Below, piece by piece: positions 52,029-63,384 of a stretch of DNA of 64,000 nucleotides. Every line of letters starts with the position of its first letter. The stretch's first letter is position 1. Under the pieces are notes generated by a model that saw only the letters and a list, made by a program, of their open reading frames with translations, searched no databases and was not told the DNA's origin. Made by a program: the position numbers and the translations under genes. The stretch comes from Orbicella franksi (Eukaryota), in contig OZ116710.1 in the NCBI GenBank assembly GCA_964199315.1, positions 13,702,001-13,766,000 of the forward strand, in the 5' to 3' direction.

Positions 52029-53830
52029 ATGAATTACATTTCTTTGAAGTTTTCAAGCTTTCTGTTCGCCGCATACATTCTCAGTCTAAGTACAGCTGGA
52101 CAAAGCCCCAATGTTGGAGTCATTACAGACACGAATGGGGACCAAATCATCTTCCTAAATTTCATGCCTTATTTAGGCAGCGTACTCAACGTGTCAGCCA
52201 TCGTCTCAAAATTTGCTGCAAACGATGAAGATTGCCAGGTTCTGTGTATGAGGGCTCCTCGCTGCCTTTCTGTCAACGTAGCAATCCTTCATGACGATGA
52301 ACAACGCCATCTTTGCCAGATGTTAGGCACGACCAAGAACAGCGAACCCGATCGTTTTGGGCCAAGCGAAACTTTTCATCACTTCAATACGATAGTAAGT
52401 GATCCTTCCTCCGTGATTTCTCAGTGCGTTTGCTGTATATGCAATTGCACCAATTGATTTCAACTCACTCTCATTTTAGTTTATTCACCTCTTATCTTCG
52501 TTGAATAGTCCATATTTTAAAGGCGATTACTTCTTATTTCACGTTGAGACTGTACTTCTATTGAAGTTGATGCATAACTTCGTTCCAAATATATGTTAAT
52601 TGTAGGGAATTTCCCAATATTGTTATGGTACACTCATGTCACTGAGCATTTCGTTTCAAATTTCTTTCATAGGTTCCGCCATGCTTTAGCCAGCCTTGTC
52701 AGCGAGGTGGAACATGTCACCAAGACTACGGAGAGGCAACCTTTACTTGTGAATGTTTACCTGACCGGAAGGGAAAACTGTGTGAAATAGGTACGAAAGA
52801 TCCTACAGTGTCCTAATTCCTTAGTGCCAGAGTTTGAATACTCACATATTAGTTATAGGTGAGGCCAAAACAAGCTTTGTCTCATATACGTCAGATAGTT
52901 CCAAGTTCCAACTTTATTTTCATTTCGTTCAAAACCTGTTACATCAAATTAAGACAAAGAAACCTCCACAGGCTTCAGGTCTCCTTGAATATCTATTAAA
53001 GTCTGGCATCAGAGATGAGCGAGCATTTGGTACTTTGAAATGGTTGATACAAAATTCGAAGACACACTTTGAACGAAAGTATTGAAAATCGGTAATTATC
53101 TTGGTAACAGTTTAAAGGACATCTGCTCACGTTTCGCTGATTTAGAAGTGTGAAGTATACATAAACTGCCATTCCTAAAATGGAAAAATGTCACCTATTT
53201 TCTTTCAATTTGGTTGCATTGATAGCTATTGATTTCTGCAGTACCTCAAGGTTTCACACTTGGACATAAGAAGGAAAAGATGGGATATGTAATTTGCGGG
53301 GATGAACACGATTACTCATTAGCACATTATTTAGCTCTTATTAACCGAGCTGGAGGTCTGTATGGGAGAATCTTGACCGAGGTCGTGAGTACAGACCGAA
53401 CGCAGTGAGGTCTGTACAAACGATCGAGGTCGAGATTTTCCCATACAAGATCAACTTAGCTCGGTTAATAAGACGTTTATTATATGACAAAGAAGAAACC
53501 TTTAATTCGTTTAATGCTGGTTTGCTGACATTTCGCTTGCGAACGGCGATGAGCTTAATTTAAACCTGCCGAAATTTGCTCGTCGTCTATACTTTTTTTT
53601 TGTCAGCAGGCTTTTTGGCACTTCCATTAATGATTGAGAAGAAAATAAAAGAAAATGGTGAATATTTTTGTATTTTAGTTTGCTACTTTTTCAACGCAAA
53701 ATGAAACCGGTCTAGACGCCGGTCTAGATGGGAAAATTTAGACCGCGATCAATATCGATTTCAGCAAATCAAATTCGTGAATTCGGTAGTTCTTAGTCCT
53801 TGTGAGACACAGCCATATAATAACACTTAA

Positions 53831-53885
<55 letters not shown>

Positions 53886-54354
53886 GTTATTATTAATGCC
53901 AAATAATTGATTTATACATTTAGGTTCAGGTTGGTCAAAGGTCAACATCCATGGGCCTATTTGTTTTGGCGCTAGAGATGATTCCTATGGCCGTTTTGCT
54001 GTTCAGATTACAGGAAAAGTCATCACTGCAAAGCTTGTTCACATCTCCGGGTACGTGGCTAACTCGAGAAAAATCGGAGGAAACTGGGGAAATCCATCAC
54101 GTAAATTAAGGACTGTCATCACAACCGCTAGCAATGAGGTTGTCTTGCCTGGCAACTATACTCTTTATGAAACATACACTTGGGAAGGTTATACCAGCAC
54201 GTCACCGGAGCTGGTGTTTCCTAATGTCTCAGAGCCGGGTATCGTTCCACGTGGTCTGGAGTTGAGGATCTGGTTTGTTGAAGATCTTGGCAATTTTTCG
54301 GAGGGCGACAACTCAGGTCAATCGTGCGCAGATGTGTTTTTGTTTTACGTTTAG
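52029..54354 (+). CDS. Secreted protein, 304 aa: signal peptide + PAN/apple domain + EGF domain + unnamed C-terminal domain (exons 52029-52394, 52673-52790, 53924-54354)
   Basis: GT-AG introns with compatible phases (0 then 1); exon lengths 366+118+431=915 nt with no internal stop. Exon 1 MNYISLKFSSFLFAAYILSLSTAG and CQVLCMRAPRCLSVN...CQM; exon 2 [37 protein letters not shown]; exon 3 GWSKVNIHGPICFGARDDSYGRF...LELRIWFVEDLGNFSEGDNSGQSCADVFLFYV. Exon 2 is not in the ORF track in this frame. Confidence 0.88.
53331..53823 (+). mobile_element. Palindrome-headed element in intron 2, no TSD
   Basis: Arms cttattaaccgagc (53337-53350) / gctcggttaataag (53459-53472), apex gtacagacc-gaacgcagtga-ggtctgtac; absent from the paralogous intron (~49880-49900). 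Confidence 0.8.
53831..53895. repeat. Compound (TTA)n/(TTATCA)n microsatellite
   Basis: Read directly; not present in the paralogous intron. Confidence 0.85.
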
Positions 54355-54896
54355 GCAATGTTGACCTGCTTCTTTGCCATTTATAGTTTGACCGATCAGT
54401 GATACTACCCTTTATCAAGTGATGTTCAAATATTTTCTTACACTAATATCCAATCATCACGAAAAACGTTCTCTTCATTTCATTAGCAAAATACGGCTTC
54501 CACCGCAAAAGTGTAACCCAAAAACGAGCTCTGTGACCCCTATTTTTATTATCGACTTGCGATAAGCATGATAAAATATAAATTTTTAAAAGGAAATCTG
54601 TGAAGCGGGGTTCAGTACTACCCAAAATTTTTGCCTAATTTTAGGATCTAGAATCTGTTGTCAGCCTCCTTTTAAAGACTTTAAAAGCGATAAAACTCAA
54701 AGGAAAAATGAAATTTCAATTACGTGATGCCTGCTCCAAAAATTTGCCGGACGCCAATCTTTCATATCTAAGCCCGACCTCTTTCGAAACGCAAAATTCT
54801 TTCCAAAAATAAGTCCCTGCGACAATGCAGGCCCATTGCAAAAAATACTTCCAAACATAAACTAGCTCAAGGCTTATTATCGTAATTTTAATTTAG

Positions 54897-55081
54897 CTTC
54901 TCAAACTCACGAACAATTCACCAAGTTTAAACAAAGGAAGTCATGATATGGCCATTATTTTTATTTCCAAACACCTTGAAGTTCGTCAAAATACTCCACC
55001 GCGCGTCCTATTTTCAACTCTCTTCTGGGTGTTTGAAAATGTGATCAAACACGGTCTTTAGTGTTTGATATATTACTTAAA
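54897..55081 (-). mobile_element. Palindrome-headed element, internally deleted, same family as 63385-63680
   Basis: Reverse complement matches 63385-63484 and 63627-63680; apex on minus strand aaaatag-gacgcgcggtgga-gtatttt. Confidence 0.7.
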
Positions 55082-55865
55082 TGACGTGAATATTGCTACA
55101 GTGACATGCCTTTACCAAATTCTTACTACACGGATCTCTGGTGACCTTAAGAAATTGTCATTGTAAACACATATAAACACATATATGAGCTAGTGTACTT
55201 GATAAAAGCAGATTATAACAATAAATATAGACCTAATATAGCGCAAAAGATCCGACAGTTCTAAAACGCCGTACACTAATTTTGCCCCTAACAAGTCAAA
55301 ATGCCAACAAAGACAAGCGGAAATAATAAGTTTATATTGCGAGATGAAAGCTAATAAAAATAAACTAAGAATAAGTCTTAAAATATCACACTTAAAAGAG
55401 GGCAGTTCCATTGTAAGTCTCAAATGATCTGGAAAGCTCATTCCAGAGTGTCGGTGCACAAACAGAAAAAGACCTGTCGCCATACTTTTAATTGGACCGA
55501 AGAATCTTCAGAAAACCCTAGATAGAATATAGTAATGATCGCGGCCTTTAAGCCTATATCGCTCATTTAAAAGTATAAACTATTAAAGCCATAGGTTATC
55601 GACATGCATAGGCTCTCTGTAAGTAAGTCTTTTCAGTCTTCTTTATTACAATTACACAGCTTTTCAGACGCCAATTAGCAGGTTATAGAATATGAATGTA
55701 TTCACCCGAAACCGAACCAGTGAAAAATCACAGGGATTACACTGCAAATGCAAAAAAGTGTGACACTCCATGAAAACTGCATGCAACTGGTACGGATCAC
55801 AGAAATATGGGCATGATTGGCCCAGAGGTAATCTTCACTTTATCAGAAGTAGATTGTTGTTGTTG

Positions 55866-56195
55866 TTTGGAGAGGTAATCCATGATCTAGTTGAAAACAT
55901 CATTACAAAGGCCGGAGGCCTGGAGTTTCAGAGGTAAAATCTGATGAGAAACGCATTCAAATGCCTTACTAAAGTCTAGAAAGATTATTCCAATGGCCTT
56001 CTTCTGGTCAAGAGCAAATCTCCATTTCTCGGTCATGCTAAGTAACAAGAGCTCGGTTGATTTTCTTTTCCTGAAACCCCACTGGGAGTCGCTAAGTAGT
56101 TTATGGTAGTCTGAGAAGGAATCAAGTTGAAAACAGGTGAGACCTTCCAGTAGCTTGCTTGGTATACTAAGCAAGGCAATCGGGCGGTTGTTCGG
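55866..56195 (-). mobile_element. Reverse transcriptase fragment of a CR1/L2-like LINE
   Basis: NNRPIALLSIPSKLLE...SQWGFRKRKST...FLDFSKAFECVSH...KLQASG; no TSD or tail found. Confidence 0.8.
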
Positions 56196-56434
56196 TTTGA
56201 TTGCTTTGACTACGGTTCACGAAAACGCTTAACCAATAAAAGAGAACTGCTTTATATACACCCAACTAAAAACAATTATCTTTGGTCAATAGCTTGAGTT
56301 CTGACATATTTGTCGTTCTGATGATGTTCTCATGCAAATAAACATTAAGCTTTTAAGAGAATCTAAGTTGCTTGTCGTTGTTTATGTTTGTACATTACAG
56401 CACAGTCATTTCCCTTCGAATTCCGTATGCTAGG

Positions 56435-57586
56435 TCAAATCTGTTCATCCTTCAAGCTATTGCCTCTCGCCAAGTAGTGTCTTTGTGTATCTAATGTAAC
56501 GACATATGTTCCCACGTCCATTTTTGATGAAAAAATATTGCACGCTTCTTTAGTACAAACGCTACCTATTGTACTGCCTCTGGGGCGAAAAATGTCAGTT
56601 ATGGAGTCAGTTCTTTGCCCTTTAGAGACTCGCCCAGAAATTCTTGTCAAAATGCTGTAAAATGCGTTTTTGAAATGTCGACTTCTCCAGCAGTATATTA
56701 TAGGATTGGCAAAGGACGACGTGAAAGTCAGAATTTTGACCAAGGCATTGAAGATGCTTTGCTTTGATCGGAATGAATCAGAAAAACATTGCGGAGACGT
56801 TTTCTGTAAGAAGTAATAGAAACAAGATGGAAACCAAGAAGCTACGAACACCCCGATAACAATCAGTATTGTGGTGCTGGCTCGACGTTCGTTACTTTGT
56901 CTCCGCGGTTTTCGAGCTTTATCATTTTCTACGCTGTTTCTGTTACTCAATATTTTCTTAACATGTGACCTGGCGGTTAGATACATGTAGGTATAGCACG
57001 TTGCGATGAGTAGAAATGGTAAAATAACGTTCGATATAATGACCATGATACTCCACCATCGCGTTGGCTCGTAATTACATTCCTTATAAGGAGAGTTTGG
57101 ATCCCATGGGACGAAAGGAAGTGAAGATATAATCATCGCGTCAAGCCACGCCAATGTTAAACCCATAATCACTCGCTTATGTGTAACTACAGTTGTATAT
57201 CTTAGTGGAGTTTTCACTGCGACTAGGCGCTCGACACTAATGACAGACAAGCTCAGAATGGAGGCGTAACCGGTGAGAAAGTAGGAGAAACGGAAGACGT
57301 TGCAGATGATGACATCGGCGGATTCTCCCAAGGAGAACTTTTTCAGTATGTAGCTTGGCATGGCGATTATTCCAGCCAAAAAGTCTGCAATCGCCAAACT
57401 AAACACCGACAAATAGGTGACGCTGTGAAGTGCAGGGTTAATGAGAATAGCCGTGAACACGAGACTGTTGCCAATTACAGTGCCGAATGACAGAAACGAC
57501 AGAATTGTTACCACAGCGGTTATGGGTAGTTTAGAGTCACTTTCTTCCTCGAAATAAACCACAGTAGGATCGGTGCTGTTGTTCAT
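56435..57586 (-). CDS. Class A GPCR, orphan, paralog C, 383 aa (more diverged)
   Basis: cat at 57584-57586 is the ATG on the minus strand (MNNSTDPTVV); tca at 56435-56437 is the TGA after DEQI. SLAIAD, SVERL, SWFP and NPIIY motifs. The ORF track lists this as +, which the sequence contradicts. Confidence 0.95.
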   Translation of the reverse strand: MNNSTDPTVVYFEEESDSKLPITAVVTILSFLSFGTVIGNSLVFTAILINPALHSVTYLSVFSLAIADFLAGIIAMPSYILKKFSLGESADVIICNVFRFSYFLTGYASILSLSVISVERLVAVKTPLRYTTVVTHKRVIMGLTLAWLDAMIISSLPFVPWDPNSPYKECNYEPTRWWSIMVIISNVILPFLLIATCYTYMYLTARSHVKKILSNRNSVENDKARKPRRQSNERRASTTILIVIGVFVASWFPSCFYYFLQKTSPQCFSDSFRSKQSIFNALVKILTFTSSFANPIIYCWRSRHFKNAFYSILTRISGRVSKGQRTDSITDIFRPRGSTIGSVCTKEACNIFSSKMDVGTYVVTLDTQRHYLARGNSLKDEQI

Positions 57587-60500
57587 CTTGATTTTATGTT
57601 TCCTGTTGGAAAGACAGATATCGTTGCGTTAAATGTTGTATTTCGTATCAGCAACAGCTAATTCAACAAAAAACCAAGCAGCATAATTTAAACTCAGAAT
57701 TGCCTCAAATATTGAGCAGAAAGTCATGTCCTGTTGATCTTGGAAACCTCCTAAACAAAGCCTCTTGAAGCTGAATAAATATACTTACAATACAAACACT
57801 TAACATATCTTGAGTGGAACATTTAAGCCGTCTCAGGGTTGGAAGACAGAAATTTCTACTTATACTGGGCCACTTAGAAGATATTGACCAATGAAAACGT
57901 TCCATGAAAACAAAGGGTGACGACCTTTTCCGTAAAATGGATGACGAAAAAAATTAATAATATGTTGTCAGTGGCTTAAAATAAATTGAGGATGTTTCGG
58001 CGTTCTTCGGCCAAAAAAATGTAAACAGCCTGATATGAATAAAAAAAGAAAGGCAAAAATGTACAATAAATGTGTTAATGAAGGTTCTATGGAAAGAGGT
58101 TTTCAATTTAAAACGAGAGTAAAGCAATAGCGAAATTATTACGTACATTATATATGTTTGAGAATGAAATGTGAAATGTGAAACTTCGTAGCCGAAGGTT
58201 GCAGCAGCAACCAAAATGTCCTCAAATAATTTTAAGTCAGTGACAACGTATTTTTTATCAAATTTTTACCATGTCTGGCTACAAACCAAATAAGTTATTT
58301 TAAGGGGTGACGGCTTCTTTCCCAAATGGTACCAATAGCATTTAGCATCTACGCAACTAAGCAATGGCGAGAACCTGCTTTAGAAACTTTTTAATTTTTA
58401 ACTTGGAAAATAGTATTTTCCAAGTTGAAGGTATGGATGGGACATTTAATCGATCTTTCCTTCGCTCCTTCGCTTCCTGTTAGACTATTTGGGGAGATAA
58501 CAGAGTAATCATCGGAATACGATTTCAAATAAAACATATATTTAATTACCTTCACTTTCAGAACATGCATTTCACACACTTATGGACTTGGAATTGCTGT
58601 TAATATGCACTACAACCTCATTAAATTGTACCACAATATTCACAAGCACCAGTGACTTAAATTATGTAATCGTATATATAAAAACTAACAAAGTGGATTT
58701 CAGAGCGTGTTAATGCTATTTGTTTTATATTCCGTTGCTGTGTAAAGAATATTCGAAGTTGATAATGAATTTTACTCTCCTGGTATTTTGTATTGAACCC
58801 TCTTCAGGCAAGTTGAAACCCTTGAGATACGAAGCCTGATGAAACTTAAAAATAAATAGTTACTTAGATGAAAAACCTGAACATCGAAAACATTAGCCAA
58901 TAACAACTGATCCTAGTAGTTCATGCATGAGCGAAGGTGTCACAAAGGCACCTAGTTAATTTGTCTATCTCGTATGATTCTCTCTGTAGCTCAGTGGTAG
59001 ACAATCCTGGCATTTACGCTTCGCTTCGCTAATTTTCCATCCACTCATTATCACACACCTGTCATATTTGTATAATTTTAGAATTTTATATATCATTGTT
59101 ACATAGCCAATAAAGATTGAAGTTCTTCGGTGGAACTTTTTGCTTCAACGTATTTTTAAAGCCATTGTCAAACTCATATCTTTTAATTATGAATCCTGGT
59201 CGCAATTTTAGTTTTTGATAGAGCATGTTTCATTGTAAATTTTCGGCGAGTTAAAGGTTTAAAATTGGACTTTTTAATGTTCACACTAAATTACAGTATT
59301 TCATACTCCTCCGTCGTTGCAGGCAATAGGCAAATAAAAAGATAATTACGTCGAAGTAAATATTTTATTATTTCCACTTCACATTTTTGTTTACTTTGTA
59401 GTAGTATGAAAACAGTCGACACGACTTTTTCCGTCTTGAGAAGTTTTCCTTTTAATCCAGTTAATTTAATCCCCGATTACTTTAAAAAACCCCATGGTAG
59501 AACAATATAACTGAAGTTAACATAATTCATTTACATGTAGAGTTTTGAGATGGGGAGTATGGCACAATTTGCAAACAAAGGTAGCCAAAATGAAATCGTA
59601 TCCATTAGCTTTGACTTGTATTTATATCCACAAATTTCCTTTCGACGCTGAAATTAATAATAACAATTTTATAGTTTACATGGTTTAGAATTTTGTTCCT
59701 TTATTGTGACTTTCCTCTTACTTTTTTTCACATAACCACAATAAAGTTTAAGTGATAATCAGAATTACCTCGAAACGCTTTAGAGAATTGGCAGTAATTC
59801 AAGTTGTCATCGGACATCTTGTTCAATTTTTTTTTATTGATATAGGGAGTGTGTCTGTCACTTTCAAAATTTACTGTGTGTGGAAAAATTCCTCGGCCCA
59901 AACTACATTTGTAAACAGGCGAAAAGCAAAATAATAAAGCGAGTTTTATAACAATGAAAATACGTCTGTGGTCTTAATGTATTTCTGTCCTTCTCATGTT
60001 TTGAATTTCTCAAAGAGTAATTTCCTAAATGATTCCTTAGTGTTAATGTTTTTTTCCTACTATATTACTATTAAAAACGCTTCAGTGAAATCGTTTTAAA
60101 ACATCCTCGACGAATGTGCCTCTTTCTTAATGGAAAGCTCTGAGGACTCAATGTGATATTGTGCGTAAATATGCAAGGCAGGGAAGGCAAAAAAACGATT
60201 CAAAACTTACTATTGCTGTCCACTTTCAGTGTCTGAGGTTTGATTAAAAAAATTGCAACACTCTTCGCGTCTGCCGTAAATTTGACTGGAAACTTCAAGG
60301 TCCCGTCGAGCATCTTCTGCACAGTAGAAAGGAATAAATATTGGGAACCGAATACAAAGACCTCAAGTTATTAGAATATAGATGCCCATGCCGATATTGC
60401 CTACTGCCCAAAGCTATTTGTTCATCAAGTGGGATTGCCAACAGCTGTTGAAACAACTTCACGATAATGAAGATTGTTCCCAGAGTTTTCTCTTCCAATT

Positions 60501-63384
60501 TAAAGTCGACCCAACACCACCTCTATAGAATTTGAACACCTCTTTTTGCAATAAGAGTACTTTTGGGCCGGCCTTGAGCGCTAAGCCAACTAACCTTGGA
60601 ATTTTTCTTTTTCTGTAAATACCGAAAACTTTGAATCTGTTTGAAGATAAACAGATAAGACTACGTCGTACGTTTCAATATGGGCCAATCACGGAGCGCA
60701 TAATAAAAATGAAAAGATGATGGGATATTATCATCAAATACTCTGTTTTAATTTGTTTTGCTTAAGAAGTTAAGACTCTCCCAGTGAAGTCATATTAAGC
60801 GAACGAAATATGAAATATATCCTTGGATCTGTCTACCCAACTGCGGTTTTAAAAATAATGCTTGAGAACAATTACCTTGTTATTTTGAATTTAACAGAAA
60901 GGAAACAATTAACCGTGTACGTTTTATTGGTTTACGATCATGGAAACAACAGCATGCTCTCAAGAATTGTATTTTTCATTCGTTGAATATGAAACGACGA
61001 TGGCCAGCAAGACACCATGTCGTTATTATTAATCTGACGTCATTATTATAGTTAAGCTGAATTTTCAAGCCTCAAAGATCGCTGACAAACCACTTTCACC
61101 TTTATGTTATTTTTGTCTCTAGTTGAATAAAAATATTTAACCAAAAAAAGGAAGTTTAAGTAAAAATTGCTACCTGTGTGCCACAATAAGTAAGTTTCGA
61201 TTCTGCCTAATTTTGTAAACAACCTTAAACAGGTCGGCGTTCCATAGGTTTAATTTGCTATTGTTGAAGTTAAATTTTGATCAAGACTATCAGTTTAGTT
61301 CGTTTTCCTCCAGCTAGGTTATGCTTTTTTTTATTCAATTTACCCCTAGTCAATAACTCATACTGTCTAAGAAATGTTTTTAAAAAGCATTGCCAAACTA
61401 AGAAAACAACGAGATGCATATATAGTAGAAATAAAAAATTGATCACAACACAAGCACGTTTTCACTCTTAAATGAGGATATGCTGTATTTTTTATCGTAG
61501 TTTTCGTGTTGTGTGACAAGTAGCTAACTCCCACCATCAGTAATTCAGCGTTGAAACTTTAGATTGAGAAGTTTTTTCAATACATGTAAGTATATGGATC
61601 AGAAAATTATGCAAATGTTACGCACAACGCTAAGACTTTTAAAGTGTTCACATTAAATGGAAAGACAGAAAAGCGTCCACTTGGCAAAATTAAAACATAT
61701 AATAACAGTCGACACTATCATTAACCAAAGTTAGTATTCTTAAGTTTGATTTTGATGATGTTCTGATGTTAACAATTGCTATCATAATGTCAGAGAGCTT
61801 TTAATTCTCAAAGCGATTTGCACCAAAGAATATGAACAGATGGTTTCTTGGTCGCTGACGCATTTGCCATATTGAACAGAATCTTTTTCGCCGACTTTTC
61901 TCACCGGACTAAACCATAGTTATCAAAATGTTTATTCTGAAAAGTTGTCAAGAAACGTTAAATAGAAAGATGGCTTTCAAACGTGGTTTTCTTATGGTCT
62001 CTTTCTGAAGATAAGTTATTGTTTTGAATCAGTTAAATATTATTCACTCAACATGAGAAAAAAATGGCTAAAAAATGTATATCAACGGGCAAAGGACCAA
62101 TTATTTCAAGACGTAAAATTGACAAAAAAAAAAGTCAAAGTAATGCTAGAGGTGGCTTACAACGTCCGAGAAAAAGGAGGGTGAGCTTTGTACTTCTAAT
62201 TTCGTTTCTCATCAGTCATTTGCAAGGGTTGCGAAAAAAATGATATCTGAGGGAAATGCAGTTACTCGTTGCAGGATTTTAAAAGGATCATATTAAAAGA
62301 ATGCTAAAATATCCTGATCTAGCTTTCACTTACCTCACAGAATTTAAAGAATTTGAGTTTCTTTTGGTGCTTCGCTCAATCTCTGTTTTGAAACAACCAA
62401 CAGTTCATCAAATGTGATCTGAATATTAAAATGAAAATACAAATTGGTGCTCTTCGTTTGCAGATAATGTCATTAACGTTAATAAATGCCAATCATGCGC
62501 CCTGACGAACGTTTTGTAGCAAAGCGAAAGATGACAACGCTGCTATTAAAGGCACAAAAAGATACATCATCTATATAAGCCAATCTTGAACATTTCTGAC
62601 TCTTTTTGGTTCTTTGGGCGTGTTTTTTTTTCTTTTGTTTAGTTTTGTTTTGTTTTGTTTTTTGCTTTTGGCTCAAAAAATAAATGAAATTTCATTTTAT
62701 TGCTTCAAACCGCATCCCGATGTTCCTATTAGGATTTTTTTTTTACCAAATAACACATCCGATGCCGGAGGCCCGTGTCAAATAGCTGTCAGCTGAAAGC
62801 TTCCTAACTCAAACACCAGCACTAGACAAATTAAAATGATCTGTTTTTCAATCGACCAAAACAACCAAATTGAAAAAGCAGTCACAAATTACACTCCTAC
62901 AAAAAATTGAAAGGTTCCAAAATTTGATAAACTATTTGCCTACTTTAGTAACCTTTAAAAGAAGAAACGCATAGTGTTCAAGACTAACTCTCTTCGGTAT
63001 TATAAACGCTATTGAATTGAGTGTCTGTAATTTGCATAACTACTAAAAATCTTAAAAGCAGCAGCTTTCGTCTTAGCATCAGATAAACGTGTCGTGCGAG
63101 ACATCGGTTGACTTGGAAATGATGAAGACGAACTGAATTCATCCTTACTGGGTTTTTGTTTTATCCTTTGATCATTTGTTATTTATTTATTTTTGGTCGA
63201 ATAATTCAAGTTAAAGGAAAAAGTGTCCCCCTGGTCTTCCTTTCATGTTTTTACCAAAGCAGTGTAGCTAAACCACCTGTATTAAATTTAAAGTAAGTAA
63301 TAATAATTCATTATTTCCATTGATGAAAGGCGAGGTACGTGTCACTATTAATCACTGTCAATCTAGGTTAGCGCAGTGTTGAAA

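Larger units (their letters stand above)
47170..54354 (+). repeat. Second tandem duplication (~3.9 kb offset) carrying the PAN-EGF gene
   Basis: ccaaaataactcaaaataccgtgactgagctcctt at ~47172 and ~51070; exons and intron segments are collinear between 47170-50346 and 51068-54354. Confidence 0.9.

Noticed and set aside
58989-59010. gtagctcagtggtaga A-box-like motif
   Set aside because: No B box or cloverleaf follows; at most a SINE remnant.
57600-63380. Scattered 60-86-aa ORFs upstream of GPCR C
   Set aside because: Low-complexity AT-rich translations without domain motifs or splice-supported structure; ordinary intronic or intergenic DNA.
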